Source of the DNA: Setoptus koraiensis | Taxonomy: Eukaryota > Animalia > Arthropoda | Reading direction: 5' to 3' | Assembly: GCA_048013815.1 (NCBI GenBank) | Contig: CM106586.1 | Coordinates: 21,204,001-21,268,000 of the forward strand | DNA: 64,000 nucleotides | Part shown: positions 1-10,826 of the stretch, piece after piece | How positions within the stretch are numbered: position 1 is the first letter of the stretch | Layout: every line of letters starts with the position of its first letter | Notes under the pieces: model-generated | Databases searched by the model: none | Told to the model about the DNA's origin: nothing | Seen by the model: only the letters and a program-made list of their open reading frames with translations | Program-made: the position numbers and the translations under genes

Positions 1-138
1 TCACCATGTCCAAACATTATGAGAAATTATCATTGCCAATTGGGCCAATTGGGAATTTTGCTTGTTTGCTTGCCACTACTACAACTAGCTGATTGTCGCT
101 ACAACTACTAGCTCATCATGCCCAAACAAGATCTCTCC

Positions 139-196
139 GTCTCATTGGACGTCTCATTGGGAGTCTCGTTGGACGTCTCATTGGGTGTCTCATTGA
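139..196. repeat. Degenerate 12-bp tandem repeat (GTCTCATTGGAC)x~5
   Basis: Units at 139, 151, 163, 175 and 187 read directly from the sequence. Confidence 0.85.
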
Positions 197-995
197 ATCA
201 ATTACCAGATATCAATTATTACATACCAAGCACAAACAACAGCAAAACGCCTGTCCTATCCCAAACAAAGTGAGAATCGCCATAAACAGCACAGATTTAT
301 TTTATATTACTCGCCGCTGCTCATCACAAACCCTGTTACAGCTCACAACCAGTAACCTGTTACGTGTTGTATATATAATTATTATGTAATATGTAATATT
401 TAATATAAAATTATTATGTATAGTATCATTGTTGTTACCAATAATAAGCTCGGCCTGCTATTCAGTTCTGTCAGTTCGAATATTGGACAATTTTTTTAAG
501 AGAAACTTTTTTTCAACTTTTTCATCATTGTTCCTGAAGCGAACAAAGTTATTATTTGTAACGATTTGTAATTGTAATAATTGATTGTTGTTATTAATAT
601 TATTATTATTGATTTCGCAAACGATGCCATTCGACGCGATTCACAGTAAACATAGACAAACACACATTTCGAAACTCATCAACAATCTTCTGCCCTCACA
701 ACTGTCGTTGCGCAATCAGTTTTGACAGTTTTTTACTAGTGTGTTCAGTTTTTTGCATCGCTGTTGACATTAATTAAATCATAATTTTTGGCCAGACGAG
801 AGCGATTCTCTTCCCAATGATCGAGTCAATTTTTTAGCCGGCTCACACTGATTCCATATGGCCATTTGACGCGAATACTCAACTGTGCCCGTGGAATTCT
901 GTGCCTTGATTCTCATTTTGATGCTCGCTGATATCAACACAGCAGGAAAAAATATAAAAAAATGAAATATAAAAATTAGAAAATCGTTTATCGTG

Positions 996-1355
996 TCAGT
1001 TTATATCAACGTAACTGTCAATTGACGCTTGTGACTTGTCGAAATGACCGAAATGAACACCGAACTTACCCGACGATTCGTGCTTGCCGTTTCCGATTGG
1101 CGTTTTCGCATGCTGGTGCGAGGCTAAATTTTCGCTCACCTGCCCGCTTGGCTCGCTGTCTTTTTTGTCAGTTTGAGCGCGCCAAAAGTCACAAACTTCG
1201 TAACAATCGTAGTCGCAATCGCCATAGTAGTCGCAACCAATGAGAAAGCAATCCCAATGACATATTTCCACTTGACCCTCGATTGGCTGAATGGAATTGG
1301 CGCCCATGCAAACAATTATCGCGACCAAGCTAAGAAATTTCAACGATTGATTCAT
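996..1355 (-). CDS. Small secreted cysteine-rich protein (119 aa), no recognisable family
   Basis: ATG in AAAATG context. N-terminal signal peptide MNQSLKFLSLVAIIVCMGANSIQPIEG, then a 6-Cys core CHWDCFLIGCDYYGDCDYDCYEVC and a hydrophilic G/H/S tail. Single exon. Confidence 0.7.
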   Translation of the reverse strand: MNQSLKFLSLVAIIVCMGANSIQPIEGQVEICHWDCFLIGCDYYGDCDYDCYEVCDFWRAQTDKKDSEPSGQVSENLASHQHAKTPIGNGKHESSGKFGVHFGHFDKSQASIDSYVDIN

Positions 1356-1869
1356 TTTCTTTGATTATTCTTGTCTGTATCGATCTGTATTGTTAATTAT
1401 GCTGTTTGTATTGTTTCGCTGGATACAGCTGTTGTTTTTGAGCTTAAATATCACTTGCAACTTGCACTCATGAATGACTGACAAAGTGGCGACCAACTGA
1501 ATTGGATTTGTTCAAAGGTATAAATGAGATTTCGGAGGAAAATCTCGGCCTTTTATGGCGGCCAAACAAAAGAATCTGCCCAAGAGCTCAAACAACCATC
1601 CAGCCAGCATCAACGCCGGCCACAAACCAGCATCATGACTCAACAATGGCAATGACCTAGACCTTGGCAGGGTCAATGATGTCAGCGCAATCGTGGATAT
1701 GGCGATGTGGAGCTGTTAATTAATTTAAAAAGACATTAATTATTGATCAATATTGTTAATTATTATAATGAGCTAATTATCAATTCAGCAGGGCTCAGTC
1801 TGGTGCCCGCTCTTCTAGCGATGCCCGAAATACCCGAGAAATACCCGAGATTTTTCTACCCGAGACTTT

Positions 1870-1902
1870 TTTTTTCTGGCGAAAAATTTTCGCCAGAAAA
1901 AA
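1870..1902. repeat. Perfect 16-bp inverted repeat with 1-nt spacer
   Basis: TTTTTTCTGGCGAAAA-A-TTTTCGCCAGAAAAAA; the arms are exact reverse complements. Confidence 0.9.
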
Positions 1903-2217
1903 GGGTTTTCAAAATTTCGCGCAGTGCGTACTGCTACGCGCAGTGCATAGGAAGGAAACTTTCATTTGTCATCATCTTGTTTTGTTACATTGTTTTGTAG
2001 ATGAAAATGATTTTTTCTCTTCAAGACTCACCTCAAGACACTTGAATTATATTTACATATTTGCCATTATTATCGTCACAGTTATTGTTATCATTATAGT
2101 TATTATTGTCATCACAGTTTATTATTATCGTCGCCCATCAATCGTCTTATTCAATCGTCTTATTAGATCGGCCCCTGTCAATAAGTTAATTAGACACACA
2201 CGAGCGTATTTAGTGAC

Positions 2218-5200
2218 ATGTCGTGTGAGGTGAAACCGGTGCCATTTATTAAATTATTCCAATATGCATCAGGCAGGGATTTGTTATTACTGTTATTGGC
2301 CAACGTTATGATTTTATATTCGTCTTTTAACATACCTCTCGTCAACATCGTGTACGGTCTTATGATGCGCACCATGAACGACTTTGTCGCCAACAGAGCA
2401 AAATTTCAGCAAGTGGCCCCCCAACAAACAAGCACGGACTTGAGCGGACAGCTGACAACATTGTTGACAACCGATAATTCATATCAACAGTCGGATTATA
2501 ACACGAGCAACTTGTTGGGGCCCAACCAGATGAACGGCTCGACGGAGCAGCCTAACAGCCTGGCCGAAGCCGAGCACTTATTCATGGATGAATCGTACAG
2601 ATTGTGCACGATAGTGATTGCGTTTGGCGTAACGCGATTGTTCACCCTTTACATTGGTCTGTTACTTTTTAATATTGCCGCCGCCAATCAGGCCCGTCGT
2701 GTCAAGATAATGTTCTTCAGGTCGCTGTTGCGCCAAGAAATCGAGTGGTTCGAATCGAACAGAACGGGCGATTTCGCTTACCGGCTCACAACGGATTTGA
2801 GCAAATTCGAGGACGGAATAGGCGAAAAAATAGCCCTGTGCCTGAATGCCCTGTTCGCCTGGATCGCCTCAGTGGTGTCCTCATTTTTCTACGGCTGGGA
2901 ACTGACGTTGGTGTGCCTCATACTGGTGCCATTCACCATTATTATCACCACCATCATTGCCGAAATACAAGCGAGTTACTCTATCAAGGAGAGCGCCGCT
3001 CTAAGCGGGGCCTTCGCAATCTGTCACGAAGTGCTGTCGTCCATACGCACCGTGTTCGCCTATTCGGGCCAACAAAAAGAGCACCAGCGCTTCCGGTTGG
3101 CCCTCGATCATGCCTACAAGCACGCTGTCAGGCGCAACATATTCTCTGGACTAAATTTGGGCTTCACCTGGATGTCGGGCTATCTCGGCTTTGCCATTTG
3201 TCTTTTGTACAGCACAAAATTTTACAATGTTACTGCGGGCGAACAGGCCGGCTACGACGAGGCGGCCATTATAACCATTTTGTGGAGCGCCGCCGGTTGC
3301 GTATTTCTACTCAACAGAATGATGCCCTTCATCGAGGTCATTCAGATGGCGCGCGGGTCCGCGGCAAACATTTTCAGCGTGATAGAACGTGACTCGAAAA
3401 TCGATGTCACCTCGTGCCACGGGCTCCGGCCCAAACATTTCGAGGCGCATGTAAATTTCGACCGGGTCTCATTTACCTATCCGGCCACGGGGGCGCCCGA
3501 TCAGACCGCCAGCCAAGAGAGCAACATGACCAACGAAAACAATGAAAACAACAGTTTCGGCCACTCGCAAGCCAGCTCGACAGCGGCACAGCACGACGGA
3601 CAGCGGGGCGGCGGCGGCGGCGGCCCGCCAACGGCCGCCGGGCCGGGCGGCAAACTGAACAACAACTGCAAGCACGAGCGCAAATCGCTCAGTCCCATCA
3701 GCAGCGGAAGTGGGTCTACGAGCACCACGGCCGAGCCGCAAGATGTGGCGGCGTCCTCTTCGTCGTGCCCGCCCACGCCCAGCACCAGTCAGCACACCCT
3801 GGCGGACGACGACGACTTGATAAACGACGACGACCACGACGACGACAACGACGACCAGCCGACAAACAACGCGCCCACCCTGGCGGACATTTGCATAGAG
3901 GTGAGGCCCGGCCAAACGGTGGCGCTGGTGGGCCCGTCGGGCAGCGGCAAGAGCACCGCGCTGTCGCTGTTGCAGCGCTTCTTTGAGATACAATCGGGCA
4001 CAATATCCATTGGCGGCTACGACATCAAGCAGCTCAATCTCGGCTGGTTGCGACAACAATTTGGCGTTGTCACCCAGGAGCCCGTGCTGTTCGACATGTC
4101 CATTGGCGACAACATACGACTGGGCGCCCGGCCCGGTCAGCTGGTGACGCAGCACGACATTGAGCTGGCGGCGCGCAGCGCAAACGCGCACTATTTCATT
4201 AAGCGGCTGCCCGCCGGGTACGACACGCGGGCCGGCACGCGCGGCATTCAGCTGTCGGGCGGCCAAAAGCAGCGCATTGCCATAGCGAGGGCGCTCATTC
4301 GGCAGCCCAAGATTTTGCTGCTGGACGAGGCCACATCGGCTCTGGATCTCGAGAGCGAGTCCATTGTGCAGCGGGCACTGGATCAGGCCCGCATAGGGCG
4401 CACCACGTTCATTGTGGCGCACCGGTTGTCGACGGTGCGCAACGCGGACAAAATTGTCGTCTTTGACAGGGGCACCATTGTGGACAGCGGCACCCACGAG
4501 GAGCTCATACAGAGGCGTGGCTTGTACTATCAGATAAACGCGCAACAGAAGCACGGACTGGATTTGGTGGCGCCGGGCGGCGGCGGCCCGGGCAGCATTA
4601 GGCGTAACTCGTTGCTGGACTCGCTGCGGGACACGCGCGAATCGCGCTCCCTGTCCATATATTCGACGGGCGCGTCGACCGCGTGCGGCAAATATGTCGG
4701 CTTCGGGGCTGCGGGTCACGGCGGAAATGGGGAGGGTCTGAGCGACGCCGATCAGCACGGCAGCAGCCTGCATCATCAGCAGGCCGAAGAGGAGCGCTCG
4801 TTTGCGGCGGCGGGCAGCGGACTGTACGCGGGTTTGCGCTGCGACGATCTGCTGGCGGCCGGCGACATGACGGCGGCGGCGGCGGCCGGCGATCATCACT
4901 GCCCGGCCGACCCGAAGGACGGGATGGGCTGGCCCGAGGGCGCGGGCGAGTCGCTGCCGCTGATGGACGCGCACGGGCGGCGCGTCCGCAACCTGTCCGT
5001 GTGGGCAATTTTGCGCTTCATCAAACCCAACGTGACCTTTACAACGATCGGCATAGCCACCTCGCTGCTCATGGGCCTGTGCATACCCATATCGGCCATT
5101 ATAATAGGCGACATTGCCAATTTGTTTTCCACCGACGATCCGGATAAAATACGGCACGGACTGTACACGCACGGCCTGTTGTACATGGTTCTGGCGGGTT

Positions 5201-6939
5201 TTGCGCTCGCCATAAGCTTCGTGCAAGTGCTCACCTTCGGTACGGCCGGCGAGCGCATTGGGGTACATTTGCGGCTGGGCGGATTTCAGGCCATTCTGCG
5301 GCGCAACATAACCTGGTTCGACAATAGACGCAACAGCCCGGGCTCGCTGTGCGCCCGACTAGCGTCCGACGTGGGCAACGTGCAAACCATAACCGGAAGT
5401 CGGACAGCGGTCATATTTCAGTCGGTGAGCATACTGGCCACAACGCTCATATTTGCCATTTATTTCAATATAAAATTTAGCTCATTGTGTGCACTGTTTG
5501 TGGCCATACTACTCATGACCACCGTGTTACAAGCACATTATGCGGGCAAACTGACCGTTAGCAATCGCGAATTTGACTCAAACATCGGCAAAATAGTGCT
5601 AGAGTCATCGGCCAACATTAAGACAGTGGTCAGTTTGCACCAAGAGGAATATTTCATCAGGCGCTTCGAGCAAATGCTGCACACGGACAGGCGCAGCTTT
5701 AAGCTGGACAACCACATCCGGTTGCTCATGGAGAGCCTCAAGTACGCCATGACGGCCATCTCGAAGGGCTCGGCCTTTTACTTTGCGGCGCGCATGCTGC
5801 TCCGCAACGAGATCACCATAGACGTCATCTTCAAGCTCATAGAGATCATCCTGTACGGGCTCACCGAGGCCTCCAAGAGCCTCATTTTCATCAGCGATCT
5901 GGAGAAGGCGCGCCGGGGCGCACAGAACCTCTACAAGCTCATATATACGGAACAGTATTACGACTTGGAGTCGCCCTACAGCACCAACAACAACAACAGC
6001 CAGTATCCGTTTGAGCGCGACGCCAACGTGAAAATACTCATGAACAACAGCAAAAACCAACAGTCTGTCGAGCGCCACAAGTGGCCGTCGCAATTGTTTG
6101 TCAGCATGCTCAGCCAGCAGCGGCAGCAACTCGCCAATGCGCCAGCAAAAATTATACACAATCCCAACTATTACGATAACACTCCGTGTCAGGGCAATAT
6201 TCACTTTGAGAATGTTAGCTTCGCCTACCCGACTAGACCGGGCGACACCATATTGCGCTCGCTAAATGTCGACATACCCGCGGGCAAGTCCATTGCGCTA
6301 GTGGGTAGATCGGGTTGCGGCAAATCTACCATTGTGCAACTGCTCGAATGTTTCTATCAGCACTCACAAGGTGTCATCACGCTGGACGGAAACGATTTGC
6401 GCCACTTACCTGTTGAATGGTTGCGCAAACAAATAGCGCTGGTCAGTCAGGAGCCAACGTTGTTGAGTTACACTATTGGCGACAATATTCGTTATGGTGA
6501 CAATTCGCGTCATGTGCCCCACGACGAAGTTGTCAAGGCCGCACAAACGGCACAAATACACGAATTTATTATGTCACTTCCGGATGGCTACGACACTAAA
6601 TTGAGCGAGGCCAACAGTATGCAATTGAGCGGGGGCCAAAAGCAACGGATTGCCATTGCCAGGGCGCTCGTTCGCCAGGCGCCCATTATGGTGTTTGACG
6701 AGGCAACGTCGGCGCTAGATACCAAGAGCGAGCACATTGTTCAGCGGGCCCTCGAGCAGGCTCAGCTGGGCAAAACGTCCATAATGATTGCGCACAGATT
6801 GTCCACTATTAAAAATGCCGACCGGATATTGGTGCTCAAGGATGGCCTTGTCATAGAGCAGGGCACCCATCAGGAATTGTTGGAGCGGCGCGCCGAATAT
6901 TACCGCCTGTTTAAGAACCAATCAACTTTAAATAAATAA
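2218..6939 (+). CDS. ABCB1: ABC transporter subfamily B full transporter (P-glycoprotein/MDR-like), 1573 aa, intronless
   Basis: TMD-NBD-TMD-NBD layout. NBD1: GPSGSGKS (3931), QEPVLF, LSGGQKQRIAIARAL, ILLLDEATSALD, VAHRLST. NBD2: FAYPTRP, GRSGCGKS, LSGGQKQRIAIARAL, DEATSALD, IAHRLST. TMD motifs include LLRQEIEWFE and DGIGEKI. Confidence 0.97.
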   Translation: MSCEVKPVPFIKLFQYASGRDLLLLLLANVMILYSSFNIPLVNIVYGLMMRTMNDFVANRAKFQQVAPQQTSTDLSGQLTTLLTTDNSYQQSDYNTSNLLGPNQMNGSTEQPNSLAEAEHLFMDESYRLCTIVIAFGVTRLFTLYIGLLLFNIAAANQARRVKIMFFRSLLRQEIEWFESNRTGDFAYRLTTDLSKFEDGIGEKIALCLNALFAWIASVVSSFFYGWELTLVCLILVPFTIIITTIIAEIQASYSIKESAALSGAFAICHEVLSSIRTVFAYSGQQKEHQRFRLALDHAYKHAVRRNIFSGLNLGFTWMSGYLGFAICLLYSTKFYNVTAGEQAGYDEAAIITILWSAAGCVFLLNRMMPFIEVIQMARGSAANIFSVIERDSKIDVTSCHGLRPKHFEAHVNFDRVSFTYPATGAPDQTASQESNMTNENNENNSFGHSQASSTAAQHDGQRGGGGGGPPTAAGPGGKLNNNCKHERKSLSPISSGSGSTSTTAEPQDVAASSSSCPPTPSTSQHTLADDDDLINDDDHDDDNDDQPTNNAPTLADICIEVRPGQTVALVGPSGSGKSTALSLLQRFFEIQSGTISIGGYDIKQLNLGWLRQQFGVVTQEPVLFDMSIGDNIRLGARPGQLVTQHDIELAARSANAHYFIKRLPAGYDTRAGTRGIQLSGGQKQRIAIARALIRQPKILLLDEATSALDLESESIVQRALDQARIGRTTFIVAHRLSTVRNADKIVVFDRGTIVDSGTHEELIQRRGLYYQINAQQKHGLDLVAPGGGGPGSIRRNSLLDSLRDTRESRSLSIYSTGASTACGKYVGFGAAGHGGNGEGLSDADQHGSSLHHQQAEEERSFAAAGSGLYAGLRCDDLLAAGDMTAAAAAGDHHCPADPKDGMGWPEGAGESLPLMDAHGRRVRNLSVWAILRFIKPNVTFTTIGIATSLLMGLCIPISAIIIGDIANLFSTDDPDKIRHGLYTHGLLYMVLAGFALAISFVQVLTFGTAGERIGVHLRLGGFQAILRRNITWFDNRRNSPGSLCARLASDVGNVQTITGSRTAVIFQSVSILATTLIFAIYFNIKFSSLCALFVAILLMTTVLQAHYAGKLTVSNREFDSNIGKIVLESSANIKTVVSLHQEEYFIRRFEQMLHTDRRSFKLDNHIRLLMESLKYAMTAISKGSAFYFAARMLLRNEITIDVIFKLIEIILYGLTEASKSLIFISDLEKARRGAQNLYKLIYTEQYYDLESPYSTNNNNSQYPFERDANVKILMNNSKNQQSVERHKWPSQLFVSMLSQQRQQLANAPAKIIHNPNYYDNTPCQGNIHFENVSFAYPTRPGDTILRSLNVDIPAGKSIALVGRSGCGKSTIVQLLECFYQHSQGVITLDGNDLRHLPVEWLRKQIALVSQEPTLLSYTIGDNIRYGDNSRHVPHDEVVKAAQTAQIHEFIMSLPDGYDTKLSEANSMQLSGGQKQRIAIARALVRQAPIMVFDEATSALDTKSEHIVQRALEQAQLGKTSIMIAHRLSTIKNADRILVLKDGLVIEQGTHQELLERRAEYYRLFKNQSTLNK

Positions 6940-7060
6940 ATTACACTATGCAATACATACTAATAACATAATAAATACTATAATAAATAATATAACAAAT
7001 AATATAATTAATAATATAATAAATAATAAAGGTTAGTTAGTTAAGTTAAAAGTTAGTTAA
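6931..7060 (+). terminator. AT-rich 3' region of ABCB with several AATAAA polyadenylation signals
   Basis: AATAAA hexamers at and just after the stop codon within a nearly pure A/T stretch. Confidence 0.4.
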
Positions 7061-9695
7061 ATTAATAAACAGATGATACACTTAGGAACAGGCAGTTCTC
7101 TCGCACGCTGCGCGCCCAATTGCAATTTCCGCCCGGGCCCCATCTCGCTCAGGCGATTCGCTTGCCAGTTATTTACCTTATCCCTATGCGCCCCTCTTGC
7201 CTTGCTCCTCACACGCCCAGGGATTGAGTCACTCAATTTGAGTGTGCTCAAACCCGAAAAGAGCAACCAGATATGGAGCTCAACAGAGTGATAACGGTCT
7301 AATTAAATCTCCAAATGTCCAGATCGGGGCCGTTCCGTCATTTCGGGGCCGCTTCTTGAGGAGGCTTTCGCGGGCCTGGTCGACTGTCGAACAACGAAAG
7401 TGTCCGCTGTCCAAATGTCAAACGGCCGTGTCATTCTGCAGAGAGATAAGACAACAATGGTCCGGCCCGGCGCGGTTTGCTTGAGGCGCAGTGTATGTTT
7501 CAAATATGTGAGTCCTGTGCACCGGCCCACAAGCCCATCAACCGGATCAGTTCTGGCCGCCGACAAACGAAACCAACTCGTGCGCCCAATAAAGGTCATT
7601 ACAAAATGAGGCCACAGAAGAAAGAGAGAGAGAGAGAGAGCGATGCTATTGATAATGACAATATTGTCCTATTCTTTAATTGATGAGCCCTCTCGCGCGC
7701 CACCCAAAAGCGGCTCAGCAGGTGAAATGGGGTCCCAGATAATGGCCTGTCACGGCGTGCGGGCCAGCCGGCAGACGGAGGACGATACGCGCACAATGCA
7801 CAATCGACTCACAACCATCGCCATAAAGCCAACCGATAGCCAGAAAGATAAAATGTTGTGTGATGGGCGAGATAATTTAATGTTGTCTCGCCGGCGTTGC
7901 GTAACAACAACAACAGCAACAACAACAACTGGCTGCGAATGGAAGTTGGCAAGATAAGCAACTAAGAATAATGATGGGCCAAAGTGGAGCAGACCAGAAT
8001 GAAATGAATTAAATGAAAATAGATATAAATTCTGCGGGACCCGCTAGTGATATTACAGAGAGTTTGTGAGAGTACACACAAAAGAACAATGGCTGTTTCA
8101 ATTGGCACACACACACAAACATCACTGGCAAGCGCTCAAACAAGACATACGATGCTTGACGGTCATCATCATTTGGTGGCCGTCGAGCCATTTTTCATTG
8201 GCTCGGCCAGGCTAGATTGGGTGGCCCAATGGAGAGGCAAGCGCGTCCAGAGACAAGCAGCAATCAAAGGATAATCACGTTCTCTCGGCCGCCACCAGCA
8301 CCGTGAGGCGAGCAACGTATTTCGAATGGGGCGTAATTTGGGGCGCATTCGCCATTTCGGTGACTTTTATTCAATGTTACAACCGAGCGTAATAGATGGG
8401 GGCCACTTATACATTAAGCATTATTGTTATTGTAATGATATATAAATAGCTTCCTTTTCCAATTTAAATATCTGGGCTCTTCGTCTTGAAATATGACAAG
8501 CGGCTCATTATGGCAGCATTATGGCAGCACAAATACTGCCACTTGGCACTGAATATGTGTAATTCGCAATGCGGCTCGGGTGTAAATTCGGCCGGATATT
8601 TAAATGTTTTACTATTGTGCACGCGAGGTAATTCTGTTGGGCGCCTATTTAAACTCTCCGAGTGACTGTCACATTGTGACGGGACGGAACTCTCACGATC
8701 ACAGTCACTCAAACACTCAAACGACAAACAAATCTTGAAATGTGCGGGGTTTTTAGCAACCATTCGGAAAGCATCAGCATTCAGTTCTTTCGCCATTTTA
8801 TACACGAAAAACTGAATTTGGCGACTTTCGTGGTTTTTACCCAACAAACCGGAAAACAAATAGAAGACAACAAATAGAGAAGGCTTGCCACTCGCCTAGC
8901 TGCCGTCGCTAGCTTGTTTCGGCTCGGGTGCTTGGTTCGGAAGAGGCCCGATCGCACCGCCGTGTCGGTCCAATTCATATGTTCGTATGTATGCCAACTA
9001 GTTGTGGCAGCATAATCGCTTTTGTAGCAACAACACGCTCACTACGTGATTTCGGGCGCGATTTCGGACGCGGAATCAAGATTTCGGGCGCAATTTCGGA
9101 CGCGAAATCAAGAAATGAACTACTGGGCAGCACCAAAAAATAACAGAGTAATAAAACAAAAATCGGCAAAACAATATCGCCCAACCCTTGCCGACATTGT
9201 TCGGCCCCGTTCGGCTGGCCGGGCGCCCATATCGGGCCACGTGACTCGTAGCGGTCTTGTTAGACGATGGACGATGATGATCTCGCAAAACTATTAATCT
9301 ATGTGTGAGACGAACCAATGAGGCCAGCGCGTTGTTTGGCGATTAGTTGCTCGGACAGCGGCACGGATCAACAGCAACAACAAGAGAGCGCGTTGTTGTT
9401 GTTGTTGCTGTTGCTGATCATTATCGAAGATAAATTAGTCAGTAGTAATTTCTGCATGATTGAACAATTTTATGCATTTGATGCAATAATTTCTGCTTCT
9501 CACTCGCGGCAGCACCAGCGCCCATTAAGGGGCCGCAATTATCGCTGTCGTTGTGCAGTGTCTCAAAAGTAGTAGTACAGATCGCTGGAATCGAAATCAT
9601 TTTGAATTGATGTCATCACTCAGATATTGTCCGTTGGGCCCTCGCTTGGGCGCTTGCACGGCCTGTTTAGCTTGATACGACATTATTGTGTAACT

Positions 9696-9788
9696 GTTTC
9701 GTTTCGTTGCGTCTCGTTTCGTTTCGTCTCGTCTAGTTTGGTTCCGTTTGGTTCCGTTTGAGACCGTCTGGTTCCGTTCCGTTCCGTT
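9696..9788. repeat. Degenerate 5/10-bp repeat (GTTTC / GTTCCGTTTG)n
   Basis: Visible periodicity. Its reverse complement resembles the GGAGCCGAAC array at 40115. Confidence 0.75.
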
Positions 9789-10309
9789 AGGCCCGTCGCT
9801 CACGCTGGCAATGATTAAGGGCGGTCATAAGCCAAATTGTGTGTCATCACTTATTGCGCAACACTACCGCTATACAATCTGTGTGTGCTCTCTAGTGGCG
9901 CAATTCAATTTATTTATTAGACAAATGACTTTGGCCACATCAACGGCTAATGTCCAGACAAGCGACTACTATTACCGTAATAGAAGTCGCTAGTATCACG
10001 CAACAAACACGGTTGCGCCAAGCTAGCGGAATCATATTATCTTGCTGGCTGCAGCAGCGGCAGCAGCCAGCTACATGTAAGCGTACACCGTGGCGCTGAG
10101 GCCAGTATGTTGCAATGAAATACGAATCGACAGTATCAAAGCGAATCATTAGTAGATATAAAGATACGCTACAAATACGCTGGCTAGCTGGCTGGCCGGC
10201 AATGGTCATCTACATAGACATTATACATTATTACATGCAGCATATTCATTGGTTGTGTTAGCATGAGTGTGCACCATTATTATGTAACTGTCGGGCCCCG
10301 CGATTTGTA

Positions 10310-10345
10310 TTTGGCTGGCGCCTGTCACCAGTGGCGCCAGCCAAA
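10310..10345. repeat. Perfect 13-bp inverted repeat, 10-nt loop
   Basis: TTTGGCTGGCGCC-n10-GGCGCCAGCCAAA. Confidence 0.85.
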
Positions 10346-10766
10346 CTAAAGACCACTTAACATTTCCGTTAGTTGTGTGTAGCTACTGTCAACTGGCCTT
10401 TTTAACCATCTACAAAAACAACAACCACTGCTAATACTAATTCAAGTGGTGCTAGTTGACTAACTTTATCTCTACACAGACTCATGTCCAAACTGGACAC
10501 TAACAAGTGAGTCGTAAGACCAAGTTAGAGAGAGAGTCGCCTAGCCAGTGAATTAAACAATATCTAGTGACCGGAACAAAACTAATAAATAAACACAAGA
10601 GCAGCTATGCTCACTTTGTCTCAAGAGAGCAACAACGGCTTAATTACACCCGAACAACAAATCTTTTGGCTCAGGCCCCTCACTACCTTGGCGCCCCGAC
10701 TACAGATGGTAGAAATAGTAGCAAAAAGTTGTTACTGATCCTTGCCTCGGAGTTCCGGTGGAAACC

Positions 10767-10826
10767 TCCACTTTCGTCCACTTTCGTCCACTTTCCCCCA
10801 CTTTCATCCACTTTCGTCCACTTTCT
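10767..10826. repeat. 10-bp tandem repeat (TCCACTTTCG)x6
   Basis: Six consecutive units with 0-2 substitutions each. Confidence 0.9.

Noticed and set aside
2745-3392. 215-aa alternative-frame ORF and other ORFs overlapping ABCB
   Set aside because: Off-frame by-products of codon bias.
3469-5268. 599-aa minus-strand ORF
   Set aside because: Antisense shadow of the GC-rich ABCB interior, with no motifs of its own.
8275-8370. ATCACGTTCTCTCGGCC plus an Sm-like AATTTGG suggested a U2-type snRNA
   Set aside because: Lacks the U2 branch-pairing sequence GTGTAGTA and the length does not fit.
8659-8710. Hairpin containing a K-box-like ATCACAG seed
   Set aside because: The stem is short and bulged, and the putative mature miRNA would extend past the stem base.
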